DNA of 64,000 nt from Alphaproteobacteria bacterium (GTDB lineage: Bacteria > Pseudomonadota > Alphaproteobacteria > CAAHEQ01 > UBA3637), in contig JAZUQR010000027.1 of NCBI GenBank assembly GCA_045605805.1, positions 96,001-160,000 of the forward strand, written 5' to 3'. The notes beneath the pieces were generated by a model that was given only the letters and a program-made list of their open reading frames with translations, had not been told where the DNA came from and made no database searches. Below, in pieces: positions 12,001 through 21,240 of this stretch. Numbering within the stretch: the stretch's first letter is position 1; every line of letters starts with the position of its first letter. Both the position numbers and the translations under genes were made by a program.

Positions 12001-12302
12001 TAAATTATCTGTATCAAGGGGCATATACATTAGACAACAAACACTATGACGAAGAAAATGAAATTCGTTTTTGGGCGCAATCACAATTTCATAAAAACTG
12101 GCAAACAAGCGGTTATTACAGATACAACTTAAAAAAAGACGGAGGCCCTATTGAATATGGTGTTCAAATACGCTATGATAATGAATGTAGTGCCATCATA
12201 TTTAATTTGGAAAAATCCTATACCAAAGACAGAAACTATAAAGGAAGCACCTCGTTTATGATAAAAGTACTTTTGAAAACCTTAGGAGGAATCGGTCAGT
12301 GA
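9069..12302 (+). CDS. Fused LptF (aa ~1-355) and LptD (aa ~381-1077) LPS transport protein
   Basis: N-part has WLTQSLR, SDKELIVLKAVG and six TMs (LptF); C-part has IDFEAD, NATYTPC, PLWQIEA, KRKSGFL, LFSENRFAGYDRIE, YDNEC (LptD); no stop codon between them. Confidence 0.9.
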   Translation: MKIIDKYIFRQTLVGYLTILISLTVLIWLTQSLRMVDMIVTKGVSVGIFLEMTLLVLPNFLQILSPLALFGVALFVFIRMQSDKELIVLKAVGMNAKQLIKPLFMLGGFLVFFGYLLTLWVIPASYAQLRQMKWKIQNNLSHLLLQEGQFSSFKNGMTLYIREREDAGKVKGILAHEIKKDKKSVLIAEEGSMIQTPEGISLTFNNGTRQEFNTKTKEFSILKFDKHTMLFEHSANKSSRKIDPREMPLKQLIQAQPNQVKDGPTYRKYKVEAFKRLTQPLYNLLFLWLAAFGVLSGHYNRRGQSRQINAVVIAAVLIQSLSLAFENIATRNLWGISLMGFNLLMPLVILYFVLFKERKIGWIHLMLLLSLTGIGTNAYAGPKLDLQNHDAKAPIDFEADNMDYNIKTNILTASGNVVLTQNQMNVQTPKIIYNQDTDEVKIPQKTKITLPDGTKSTVQNMMLYPKKSEATANTITSILTDDSRITAEQMISTQKGDIILLKNATYTPCDTCEAKAPLWQIEAKEVKQDFTDHTLSYKHMFLDIKDIPVLYFPYFQMPDATIKRKSGFLNPSIRHTSEMGLSLETPLFVDIAENQNLLITPVISAKHLPLGIVNYNGLFTKGILNVQFSGTQDKDNENEGHLKANFEYDMTQNLRLTGQYFRTLSDTYFRRYDIEGINDSDSFLRSYLTAEYFGTRFYTKAKTWHFQSLLNEVNSRSLPVIIPTVDMQYHTKPLFNTNLYAFTNINTALYNTRNHFKSNRLSLTQGFTLPYTTSFGLVTETKASLRFDGYVIDSGKDNLVSKHPEDTYNKGRFTPIFSTKISYPLFTTTKQTTQVLEPIIMMVMSPNTKNSQNIPNLDSTVFNFDDTNLFSENRFAGYDRIETGTRINYGLQWTAYQNDAKDRSLSILFGQSYRLNESEELKDVMGYSHHLSDYVGNIQLNYQHLNLYYRFRLNRENLSKRKNDIGFSVGGNPLRVGLNYLYQGAYTLDNKHYDEENEIRFWAQSQFHKNWQTSGYYRYNLKKDGGPIEYGVQIRYDNECSAIIFNLEKSYTKDRNYKGSTSFMIKVLLKTLGGIGQ

Positions 12303-13189
12303 AATACCTGCTTTTAATTTTAACCTTATTATGTACCTATACCACCCAAGCGATGGAGCTGAAAGCCACCGTCAACGATGAACCGATTTCTGATTTAGAC
12401 ATCACAGAATGGGCAAACCTGTTAAAGTTCCAACAACCACAAAAATATGAATCCTACACCAACGAAGACCTTCAAACAGAAGCCCTCAACAATCTGATAG
12501 AAACAATTGTCAAAAAGCAAACGGCCCAAAATGAAGGGATAAAAGTAAGCAATAAAGAAATTCAAAATGCCAAAAATCATTTGGAACAACAAAATGGCCT
12601 GCCAATCGGAGAATTGAATAATTTATTACAAACCCAAGGCATCAATGCCGCCACACTTCAAAAGCAAATAGAAGCCGATTTATTGTGGTTGCAATACCTG
12701 CGTCATAAAACCGATGATTTATCCATTTCTGATTTGGCAGTGGATAAACGCTATCAAGCCATGAAGCAGGATTTGCAAGACCAAGGCATAACCGGCAACA
12801 GCATTACACTGTGGGAAATTGCCCAAGGAATGTTTGATGAAAATGTGGATGTCACAACAACTTTGGAATCAAAAGATTGTGAAGCCTTTTTGGAACATAT
12901 TAAAATTGGCACACATCCAGAATCTGCCCAATCCGGTTGGACAGACCCAAATCAAATTGCACCAGAACTATACAACCTGTTAAAAGATGTGGCCGTAGGC
13001 GAAACAATCGGCCCGTTGCGGGCTCCAAATGGCGTGTTGGTTTTAATGAAATGCAATGTACAAAACCAAAAAATTATGCCGGAAAAAGAACAATTAAAAA
13101 TGCAAATGGAAATGGAACAAATGGATGTGGTTTCTCGCCGTTTAATGGCCGAAGCTGTACGCCGTTCTGTCATAGAAAAAAAGGACTAA
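12299..13189 (+). CDS. surA: SurA-like periplasmic chaperone
   Basis: Signal peptide, ATVNDEPISDLD SurA N-domain, reduced PPIase remnant; directly after lptD. Confidence 0.75.
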   Translation: MKYLLLILTLLCTYTTQAMELKATVNDEPISDLDITEWANLLKFQQPQKYESYTNEDLQTEALNNLIETIVKKQTAQNEGIKVSNKEIQNAKNHLEQQNGLPIGELNNLLQTQGINAATLQKQIEADLLWLQYLRHKTDDLSISDLAVDKRYQAMKQDLQDQGITGNSITLWEIAQGMFDENVDVTTTLESKDCEAFLEHIKIGTHPESAQSGWTDPNQIAPELYNLLKDVAVGETIGPLRAPNGVLVLMKCNVQNQKIMPEKEQLKMQMEMEQMDVVSRRLMAEAVRRSVIEKKD

Positions 13190-13190
13190 C

Positions 13191-14030
13191 ATGGAAACAA
13201 AAATACTCAATGGTCGCATTTTGGCCGACCAAATTCAATTATCCTTAAAAAACGAAATCACCACCTTATCCCATATTCCTCACTTAGCAGTTGTGTTTGT
13301 GGGCAATAATCCAGCCAGCAGCGTCTATGTCAATATGAAAACAAAGGTAGCCGAAAAAGTGGGGATAAAAAGCACCATTCATCATCTGGATGAAAACATA
13401 TCAACAAAAGAGTTGCAAGACAAAATCCACCAACTCAACAACGATAAAGATGTGGATGGGATTTTGGTACAATTGCCCTTGCCGCCCCACATTGACACCA
13501 ACACCATCATAGAAACCATCTCTCCCCAAAAAGATGCCGATGGATTGACAAGTAAAAATCAAGGCGGCCTGATGACAGGCTATCCAACCTTACTCCCTTG
13601 TACACCCTTGGGATGTCTGCATCTGATAAAACAAGTACAGCCGAATCTGACAGGCCTGAATGCGGTTGTTGTGGGGCGTTCCCGCTTGGTCGGCCGCCCA
13701 ATGGCACAACTTCTGTTAAATGAAAACTGTTCGGTCACCCAAGTGCATACCTACACACAAAATCTGGCCGATATCTGTGCCACAGCCGATATTTTGGTTT
13801 CCGCCACAGGCGTTCAAGGGCTGATTAAAAGTAATTTTGTCAAAGCCGGCGCAATCGTTATTGATGTGGGCATCTCTAAAACAAAAGAGGGGCTGATTGC
13901 CGGTGATATAGACAGCCAAAACGTGATGGGCAAGGCCGGTTGGCTGACCCCTGTCCCTGGGGGAGTTGGCCCCATGACTGTGGCCATGCTGATGTCAAAT
14001 ATGGTCACCATTGTCAAAAACCAATCATAA
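13191..14030 (+). CDS. folD: Methylene-THF dehydrogenase/cyclohydrolase
   Basis: GILVQLPLP, PCTPLG, GRSRLVGRP, TPVPGGVGPMT. Confidence 0.97.
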   Translation: METKILNGRILADQIQLSLKNEITTLSHIPHLAVVFVGNNPASSVYVNMKTKVAEKVGIKSTIHHLDENISTKELQDKIHQLNNDKDVDGILVQLPLPPHIDTNTIIETISPQKDADGLTSKNQGGLMTGYPTLLPCTPLGCLHLIKQVQPNLTGLNAVVVGRSRLVGRPMAQLLLNENCSVTQVHTYTQNLADICATADILVSATGVQGLIKSNFVKAGAIVIDVGISKTKEGLIAGDIDSQNVMGKAGWLTPVPGGVGPMTVAMLMSNMVTIVKNQS

Positions 14031-14042
14031 AGGGCCAAGGCC

Positions 14043-15161
14043 ATGCTGAATCACCTGTTTCAAACACCTTTTCAAAAAATAATTTTAAGCAATAAAAAAA
14101 ATAAATCGTACGCTTATAACAAAGGGGTGATTAAACCGATTCGCCTTAAAAACAAACAAGCGTGGCAACTGACTTTATATACAGACAAACAAGCCTTTCA
14201 AGAAAACTTTTTGGAATTAGAACAAGTCATTTGTAAAACCCATGAACTGTTTCAAAATGATTACAAACAACTCAACTTTTTCGGTGAACACGAAGATATT
14301 GAATTAAAGCAATCCAAAAAAGGCAAACTCCTTCAAAGCATTCATAAACATCCCTCAAAATGCATCACACAAAGCCCCCACAATAAAGAAAAAAACTATC
14401 TTTTGAATCCCGAACAAAAAATACCGGCATTGGAAGATATGGGCGTTGTGGATAAAAATGGACAACTCCGCCCAAGTCAAATGGATAAGTTTCGGCAAAT
14501 CAATCAATTCTTAAAAATCATTGACGATACATTAAAAAATTGGGACAAAAAAGAAATCACGGTTTTGGATTTTGGATGTGGCAAATCATATTTAACCTTT
14601 TTAACCTATTATTACCTGACAGAAATCAAAGGATTAAAAGCTCATGTCATTGGCCTTGACTTAAAAGAAGAAGTCATTGAAAAATGCAATATCGTGGCCG
14701 AAAAATATGGCTATAAAAACCTGCACTTTGAAATTGGCAATATCGCAGGATACAGCCCAAAAAAAGCTGTGGATATGGTTATCTCACTGCACGCTTGCGA
14801 TACAGCCACAGATTATGCTTTATATAATGCAGTCCAATGGAATGTACCGATTATTTTGTCTGTTCCTTGTTGCCAACATGAAATCAATTCACAAATGAAA
14901 AATGCGTGGCCACTCATCACAAAATATGGGTTATTAAAAGAACGCTTCTGCGCCCTTCTGACCGATGCCATTCGGGCCGATTTATTACAGGCACAAGGCT
15001 ATTCGGTTCAGATTTTGGAATTTATTGATTTTTCGCATACTCCTAAAAATCTTCTGATTCGTGCGATTAAGACGGGGAAAATGACATCAGACGAACAAAC
15101 CCAAAAGGCTTGCGCTCAATTCAAAATTGAACCAACATTGAAAAAATTGTTAAAGAAATAA
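14043..15161 (+). CDS. Class I SAM-dependent methyltransferase (Methyltransf_32-like)
   Basis: DKFRQIN, DFGCGKSYLTF, LHACDTATD, PCCQHE, HTPKN. Confidence 0.85.
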   Translation: MLNHLFQTPFQKIILSNKKNKSYAYNKGVIKPIRLKNKQAWQLTLYTDKQAFQENFLELEQVICKTHELFQNDYKQLNFFGEHEDIELKQSKKGKLLQSIHKHPSKCITQSPHNKEKNYLLNPEQKIPALEDMGVVDKNGQLRPSQMDKFRQINQFLKIIDDTLKNWDKKEITVLDFGCGKSYLTFLTYYYLTEIKGLKAHVIGLDLKEEVIEKCNIVAEKYGYKNLHFEIGNIAGYSPKKAVDMVISLHACDTATDYALYNAVQWNVPIILSVPCCQHEINSQMKNAWPLITKYGLLKERFCALLTDAIRADLLQAQGYSVQILEFIDFSHTPKNLLIRAIKTGKMTSDEQTQKACAQFKIEPTLKKLLKK

Positions 15162-15638
15162 TTATTCTTTGGTAATAAATTCAGGTGGCACAATACCATC
15201 TTTCAGCACAATCATATAATGTGGAATTTTGGTAAAAAAATAACCATTTCCAACTTTTTCCCATGGCAACCTTTCGTCCCACAAAATTTGTTGAGGGGTG
15301 ATTTTTTCTAACTTTTTTCGCCCTGCACAACGGTAAATAGCCTTCACTAAACCCGCTTTTTGCAACGCTTCAAAATCAACGCTATACAAGCACCGATCTT
15401 TTTTAAAATCGCCATAAAAACAACACGCTTTTGTCATTGGACTTGTCAGAACAGAAATGGCCCGACTGCGTCCAGGAAATCTCGTTTCTAAATATGCCAA
15501 CACACCCTTTTTCGTTTTACTTTTTGCCCGACCAAAATAATGTGCCAGAGCTTCTCTAGGCGCCTTAATTGGTGCCCAAAGGCCCGTATTTAAAACATCT
15601 GCTTCCTTTGGCGCATAGTTATAAAGTTTACCCATCAC
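15162..15638 (-). CDS. Hypothetical protein, possible ADP-ribosyltransferase/Tpt1-like fold
   Basis: Start overlaps the lepA stop; LYNY..VL..GL..P, LYSVD..L...G and GIVPPEFI patterns. Confidence 0.6.
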   Translation of the reverse strand: MMGKLYNYAPKEADVLNTGLWAPIKAPREALAHYFGRAKSKTKKGVLAYLETRFPGRSRAISVLTSPMTKACCFYGDFKKDRCLYSVDFEALQKAGLVKAIYRCAGRKKLEKITPQQILWDERLPWEKVGNGYFFTKIPHYMIVLKDGIVPPEFITKE

Positions 15639-17422
15639 TCTTCCCCGATTTTTAGGGCTTCAATAAAGGCATTTTGAGGGATTTCCACTTCACCGAATTG
15701 GCGCATACGCTTTTTACCCTCTTTTTGTTTTTCAAGCAGTTTGCGCTTACGAGTAATATCGCCACCATAACATTTGGCTGTCACATCTTTGCGATAGGCC
15801 GAAATATCCTCACGAGCAATAATCTTTCCGCCAATACTGGCCTGAATCGGAATCTTAAATTGATGGCGAGGAATCAAATCTTTCAATCTGGCACAAATTT
15901 GGCGTCCCCGTCTTTCGGCCTGCGAACGATGCACAAGGAAAGCCAAGGCATCTACTTGTTCTCCATGAACAAGGATATTCACCCGCACCAAATCACTGGC
16001 ATGATATTCATCAATATCATAATCAAAGCTGGCATACCCACGAGAGATAGATTTTAAGCGATCATAAAAATCAAAAACAATTTCATTCAAAGGCAAACGA
16101 TAAACCGCCATTGCCCGATTCCCTACATAGGTTAAATCTAACTGTTCCCCTCGTCTTTCCGTACACAATTGCAAAATACTGCCCAAATACTCATCGGGGG
16201 TTAAAATAGTGGCTTTCACCCAAGGCTCTTCAATTTTACGAATCGTTGTCACATCGGGCATATCAGCAGGATTGTGCATCACAAGCTCATCCCCATTTGT
16301 TTTATACACCTTATAGGCCACAGACGGAGCCGTTGTAATCAGATTCAAATCAAACTCACGGAATAAACGCTCTTGAATAATTTCCATATGCAAAAGCCCT
16401 AAAAAGCCACAACGAAATCCTTGTCCCAAAGCCATAGACTTATCCGGAGTAAATTGGAAACTGGCATCATTCAACTGTAATTTTTCAATAGCTTCTTTCA
16501 AAGCCTCATAATCACTCATATCCACAGGAAACAACGAACAAAACACAACACTTTGGCTGGGCTTAAAGCCAGGCAAAACCTCGGCACAAGGTTTTTTCTC
16601 ATGCGTAATGGTATCCCCCACTTTTGTTTCACCAATAGACTTGATACCACAAATCACAAACCCAAGTTCCCCCGCAGATAAAGAATCACTATCTTGCATT
16701 TTTGGGGTAAAATAACCCAATCGTTCCACTGTGTAATTGGCCCCCGTGGACATAAATTGAATCATCTCATTTTTCTTCAAAACACCGTCCACAATACGCA
16801 CCATCACAACAATACCCAAATAAGGATCATACCAAGAATCCACTAACATGGCTTTCAAAGGATGATTGATATCCCCTTGCGGGGCCGGCAAGCGATTGAC
16901 AATCACATCCAAAACATCTTCAATGCCAATACCAGTTTTGGCCGAAATAAGCGGTGCATCGTGTGTATCCAAGCCAATCACATCTTCAATTTGCTGTTTC
17001 ACCCGATCCGCATCAGCCGCAGGCAAATCAATTTTGTTGATAACAGGCACAATTTCATGATTCGCATCCAAGGCTTTATACACATTGGCCAAGGTTTGGG
17101 CTTCCACCCCTTGGGTAGCATCCACCACAAGCAACGACCCTTCACAAGCACTTAAACTTCGGCTGACTTCATAACCAAAGTCCACATGCCCTGGGGTATC
17201 AATCAAGTTCAAAATGTAATCCCCATACTTTAAACGAACCGTTTGGGCTTTAATGGTAATGCCCCTCTCTCGTTCAATATCCATATTGTCCAAAATCTGT
17301 GCCTTCATTTCACGATCAGACACAGCCCCACATTTTTGAATCAACCTGTCCGCCAAAGTTGATTTACCATGATCAATGTGAGCCACAATAGAAAAATTAC
17401 GAATATGAGATAAATCAGTCAT
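15635..17422 (-). CDS. lepA: Elongation factor 4
   Basis: [41 protein letters not shown]; start set at MTDLSHIR. Confidence 0.98.
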   Translation of the reverse strand: MTDLSHIRNFSIVAHIDHGKSTLADRLIQKCGAVSDREMKAQILDNMDIERERGITIKAQTVRLKYGDYILNLIDTPGHVDFGYEVSRSLSACEGSLLVVDATQGVEAQTLANVYKALDANHEIVPVINKIDLPAADADRVKQQIEDVIGLDTHDAPLISAKTGIGIEDVLDVIVNRLPAPQGDINHPLKAMLVDSWYDPYLGIVVMVRIVDGVLKKNEMIQFMSTGANYTVERLGYFTPKMQDSDSLSAGELGFVICGIKSIGETKVGDTITHEKKPCAEVLPGFKPSQSVVFCSLFPVDMSDYEALKEAIEKLQLNDASFQFTPDKSMALGQGFRCGFLGLLHMEIIQERLFREFDLNLITTAPSVAYKVYKTNGDELVMHNPADMPDVTTIRKIEEPWVKATILTPDEYLGSILQLCTERRGEQLDLTYVGNRAMAVYRLPLNEIVFDFYDRLKSISRGYASFDYDIDEYHASDLVRVNILVHGEQVDALAFLVHRSQAERRGRQICARLKDLIPRHQFKIPIQASIGGKIIAREDISAYRKDVTAKCYGGDITRKRKLLEKQKEGKKRMRQFGEVEIPQNAFIEALKIGEE

Positions 17423-17470
17423 AGGACAAATTATACATAATTTTTGAAAAAAAATCAAGCACTCAAAGAG

Positions 17471-18064
17471 CTAAACATCCCGTCTGGACTTAAAAGCCAT
17501 CTGAATAGTCCCATCATCAAGATAATCCAACTCACCGCCCAAAGGCACACCACGGGACAAAGTGGTCATTTTCACAGGATAGTTGGCCATTCTATCCACC
17601 AAATAATGCACGGTTGTCTGTCCATCCACAGTGGCTGGCAAAGCCAAAATCACTTCATTCACACAACCAGATTGAATCCGTGCCATCAAACTGTCAATCT
17701 TCAATTCATCTGGTCCTACACCATCCAAAGCCGACAACACGCCCCCTAATACATGGTAATGACCTTTGAACAGGCCAACCCGTTCAATGGCCCATAAATC
17801 GGCCACATCTTCAACAACACAAATCTGGGAAGCATCTCGCTTAGCATCGGAACAAATACCACACGGCACTTGCGTATCCATATTGCCACACACAGGACAA
17901 ACACGCACTTTATCGGCCACTTCTTGCATCGCCTGAATCAAAGGCAAAAGCTGGCCTTCACGCTTGTTGAGTAAAGATAAAACCCCCCTTCTCGCCGACC
18001 GAGGCCCCAGCCCAGGCAAGCGAGAAAACAATTGAATAAGATGTTCAATTTCGGGGGCAGACAT
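17471..18064 (-). CDS. recR: Recombination protein RecR
   Basis: LPGLGPRSA, C4 zinc finger, YHVLGG, GGELDYLDDGT. Confidence 0.97.
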   Translation of the reverse strand: MSAPEIEHLIQLFSRLPGLGPRSARRGVLSLLNKREGQLLPLIQAMQEVADKVRVCPVCGNMDTQVPCGICSDAKRDASQICVVEDVADLWAIERVGLFKGHYHVLGGVLSALDGVGPDELKIDSLMARIQSGCVNEVILALPATVDGQTTVHYLVDRMANYPVKMTTLSRGVPLGGELDYLDDGTIQMAFKSRRDV

Positions 18065-18066
18065 AA

Positions 18067-18390
18067 TTAAAACGGCAACTTAAATCCGGGTGGCAATCCC
18101 AAAGAGGCTTGCATTTTTTCCATTTCTTCGGCCATATAGGCATCAATGTTGTCATGGGCATTTCCCAAGGCCACAACCAACAAATCTTCCAATGTTTCCA
18201 CATCAGCAGGATCCACAACAGCCTTGTCTAACTTCACAGACACAGGACGTCCTTTGCCAGTCATCACCACAGTCACAGCACCATTTCCGGCTTCACCTGT
18301 GAATTCTTGTTGTTCCATTTTGGATTGTAAGATGGTCATTTGAGATTGCACTTTTTGTGCTTTTGCCATCAATTCACCGATATTTTTCAT
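18067..18390 (-). CDS. ybaB: Nucleoid-associated protein YbaB/EbfC
   Basis: GEAGNGAVTV, LEDLLVVA, LPPGFKLPF; upstream of recR. Confidence 0.95.
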   Translation of the reverse strand: MKNIGELMAKAQKVQSQMTILQSKMEQQEFTGEAGNGAVTVVMTGKGRPVSVKLDKAVVDPADVETLEDLLVVALGNAHDNIDAYMAEEMEKMQASLGLPPGFKLPF

Positions 18391-18526
18391 AAGCATATCC
18401 TTTCATTTACAGCTTTATTGTAAGGATTTTTCAAAAATAGGCAAGAAAATTGTTAAAAAAAAGTTTTTCACTAGACGAACCAAATAAAATCTGTTATGAT
18501 TATCAATAAATAAAGGAGAATTGTTT

Positions 18527-18718
18527 ATGGAACAAATTAAACAAGCCATTAAAAATCTGGAACAATCTGTTTTGCGCTTAGAAACAGCGATTCATACGGC
18601 CAAAAAAAACAATACCCGCACAACAGAAGAAATCACAACATTAAAAAAAGTCATTCGCCAAACACACGACCGAATCGATAAGGCGATAAACCGTTTTCAA
18701 GCAAATAAGGAGGAATAA
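18527..18718 (+). CDS. Small coiled-coil protein upstream of zapA (ZauP/DUF4164-like)
   Basis: AAGGAG RBS; heptad pattern; position immediately before zapA. Confidence 0.65.
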   Translation: MEQIKQAIKNLEQSVLRLETAIHTAKKNNTRTTEEITTLKKVIRQTHDRIDKAINRFQANKEE

Positions 18719-18721
18719 CAA

Positions 18722-19030
18722 ATGCCAGTTGTCTCATTAAAAATCGGCGGTCGCTTTTATAAGTTTTCCTGCAATGACGGACAAGATGGTCATATGCGTG
18801 AATTGGCCGAACAACTAGATAAGCGGGCCGAATCTTTAACAAAATCCATCGGCTTTATGCCCGAAGGGCAACTATTGGCCATGATTTGTCTGTTGCTTGC
18901 CGAAGAAAAACATCATCTGGAACGCACCACCAACGCACAGGTTTTGGAACAAACAACCGATCAAATTGCCCAAAGCATACAAAATCTGGCCTTAAAAGTT
19001 GGTGTCTTGGCTGAAAGTTTGGAACAATGA
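18722..19030 (+). CDS. zapA: Cell division protein ZapA
   Basis: IGGRFYKFSCNDGQ, LLAMICLLLAEE. Confidence 0.9.
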   Translation: MPVVSLKIGGRFYKFSCNDGQDGHMRELAEQLDKRAESLTKSIGFMPEGQLLAMICLLLAEEKHHLERTTNAQVLEQTTDQIAQSIQNLALKVGVLAESLEQ

Positions 19031-19839
19031 AGATTCTGTTTTGCGGAGATGTTGCTGGCGAAGCAGGACGCAAAGCCATTAAAACCTACATTCCGAAATT
19101 AAAAAAAGAATGGGACATAGATGGCATTATCATCAATGCCGAAAATGCCGCCCATGGCTTGGGTCTCACCCCAAAAACTTATGCAGAACTCAAACGAGCT
19201 GGGGCCGATGTGATGACCATGGGCAATCATACTTTTGATAAGTTAGATATCACCAAAATCTGGCAAGAAGAAAATAGGCTTATCCGCCCGCTGAACTATC
19301 CAAACGATACAGCTGGCAAGGGGTATCATGTCATTCAAATCAATGGCAAACGCTTGTGCGTCACCCAATTATTGGGCCGAGCTTTTATGAACAGCAAACT
19401 GGAAATTGCCGATCCCTTCAAAACGATTCAAACCTTTATAACTGAACACCAAGCCGAATATGACTTTTTGGTCGTGGATTACCATGCTGAAACAACCGCA
19501 GAAAAAGTGGCAATGGGCTATTTTTTGGATGGCAAAGCTGTTTTGGTTGTTGGCACACATACACATATCCCAACGGCAGATGCGCACATTTTAGCCAACG
19601 GAACCGCCTACATCACCGATGTCGGTATGTGTGGCGATTATACATCGGTTTTAGGCATGACAAAAGAAACAGCCTTTTCGCATTTTGGGCTTGGCACCGA
19701 ACGCATGCGCTTTGAACCGGCCGCCAACGCTGTCACATTATCGGCTGTCTTGGTTGAAATTGACGATAAAACCTTAAAAGCCACAGCCATTCGCCAAATA
19801 ATTTTGGGCGATACCCTTGAAAATATATCAAGAATATGA
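19027..19839 (+). CDS. ymdB: YmdB/TIGR00282 metallophosphoesterase
   Basis: LFCGDV, NAENAAHG, MGNHTFD, DYHAETTAEK, GTHTH, TDVGMCG. Confidence 0.93.
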   Translation: MKILFCGDVAGEAGRKAIKTYIPKLKKEWDIDGIIINAENAAHGLGLTPKTYAELKRAGADVMTMGNHTFDKLDITKIWQEENRLIRPLNYPNDTAGKGYHVIQINGKRLCVTQLLGRAFMNSKLEIADPFKTIQTFITEHQAEYDFLVVDYHAETTAEKVAMGYFLDGKAVLVVGTHTHIPTADAHILANGTAYITDVGMCGDYTSVLGMTKETAFSHFGLGTERMRFEPAANAVTLSAVLVEIDDKTLKATAIRQIILGDTLENISRI

Positions 19840-19874
19840 TAAACTAAATCCCATAAAAAAACGAAAGGAAACTT

Positions 19875-20615
19875 ATGTCAGGACATTCACAATTCAAAAA
19901 CATTATGAACCGCAAGGGTGCGCAAGATAAAGCGCGTGCCCGTATTTTTTCAAAATTGGCTCGTGAAATTACGGTGGCCGTTAAAACAGGCGGGGCCGAT
20001 CCAAACGGCAACCCACGCTTGCGCTTGGCCATTCAAAATGCCCGCAGCGAAAATATGCCCAAGGATAACATTGAACGGGCCATCGCAAAAGGAAGCCAAT
20101 CGGCCGATACAAGCAACTATGAAGAAGTCCGCTATGAAGGCTACGGCCCTGGTCATGTGGCTGTAATTGTGGAAGCCCTCACAGATAATCGTGCCAGAAC
20201 AGCCCCCAATTTGCGTTCTCTTTTTACTAAAAGGGGTGGCTCATTCGGGGATAGTGTTTTGTTTAACTTTGAAAAAATCGGCTATCTTGAATTTTCGTTG
20301 GATGTGGCCACACCGGATGCCATGTTTGAAGAAGCCTTAAACGCAGGCGCAGACGATGTTCAAACCACAGAAACAGCCCACGAAATTATCTGTAAGCCGG
20401 AAGATTTGGGTGCTGTTCGGGAGGCATTGGAACAAAAACTGGGTACACCAAATGTGGCCCGAATTGATTGGAAACCAACCGTTGAAACCCCCATCGCTGA
20501 TTTAGAAACCGCACAAAAATTGATGAACTTCATTGAAGATTTGAACGAAGACGATGATGTGCAACGGGTGATTACGAATGCCGATATCGCCGAGGATATT
20601 TTGGCTCAGTTGTAA
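19875..20615 (+). CDS. yebC: YebC/PmpR family protein
   Basis: MSGHSQFKNI, NPRLR, YEGYGPG, TDNRART, DDDVQRV. Confidence 0.97.
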   Translation: MSGHSQFKNIMNRKGAQDKARARIFSKLAREITVAVKTGGADPNGNPRLRLAIQNARSENMPKDNIERAIAKGSQSADTSNYEEVRYEGYGPGHVAVIVEALTDNRARTAPNLRSLFTKRGGSFGDSVLFNFEKIGYLEFSLDVATPDAMFEEALNAGADDVQTTETAHEIICKPEDLGAVREALEQKLGTPNVARIDWKPTVETPIADLETAQKLMNFIEDLNEDDDVQRVITNADIAEDILAQL

Positions 20616-20627
20616 AGGATAAACGCT

Positions 20628-21122
20628 ATGCGTATTTTGGGTCTGGATCCGGGATTACGACACACAGGCTGGGGTCTTGTTGAAAAACAAGGCTCCCGTT
20701 TTATTTTTATCGCTGCCGGCGTCATCAATCCCAGCGATAAATTAGCCTTATCCAAACGACTCGGGATTTTACACGATTCGCTGAAACAAATTATAGAAGA
20801 ATACACCCCCGATACAGCAGCCGTAGAAGAAACATTCGTCAATAAAAACCCCTCTTCCACCTTAAAATTAGGGCAAGCCCGAGGCGTTGTCTTGATGACA
20901 CCCGCCCTTTATAACATAGAAGTGGGCGAATATACCCCCAATCAAATCAAAAAAACAATCACAGGGGTAGGCCATGCCGAAAAGAATCAGGTGGATATGA
21001 TGGTTCGCACACTGTTAAAGACCGTTCCGCAAGGGATTCCCCCCGATGCATCGGATGCTTTGGCCATAGCCTTAACACACGGATTTTTGTACACAACAAA
21101 CCACAATATGTTGAATCGGTAA
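20628..21122 (+). CDS. ruvC: Holliday junction resolvase
   Basis: ILGLDPG, LKLGQARG, DASDALAIA. Confidence 0.96.
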   Translation: MRILGLDPGLRHTGWGLVEKQGSRFIFIAAGVINPSDKLALSKRLGILHDSLKQIIEEYTPDTAAVEETFVNKNPSSTLKLGQARGVVLMTPALYNIEVGEYTPNQIKKTITGVGHAEKNQVDMMVRTLLKTVPQGIPPDASDALAIALTHGFLYTTNHNMLNR

Positions 21123-21150
21123 AAACAACATCTAGTGTCAAGGAAAATAT

Positions 21151-21165
21151 TTAACAAATTATTAA
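21151..21165. promoter_or_regulatory. CtrA-type box TTAA-N7-TTAA upstream of dnaA
   Basis: TTAAcaaattaTTAA, 76 nt before the dnaA ATG; the context is AT-rich, so a chance match is possible. Confidence 0.45.
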
Positions 21166-21240
21166 ATTTTCTTGTTGTTTTTTTTTCAAATAACCGTATG
21201 CTGAACTTAGGAAAATCACCATTTAATAAGAGGGCAAAAA

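Noticed and set aside
21123-21240. oriC upstream of dnaA
   Set aside because: Only 118 nt, no DnaA-box cluster, and no visible skew switch.
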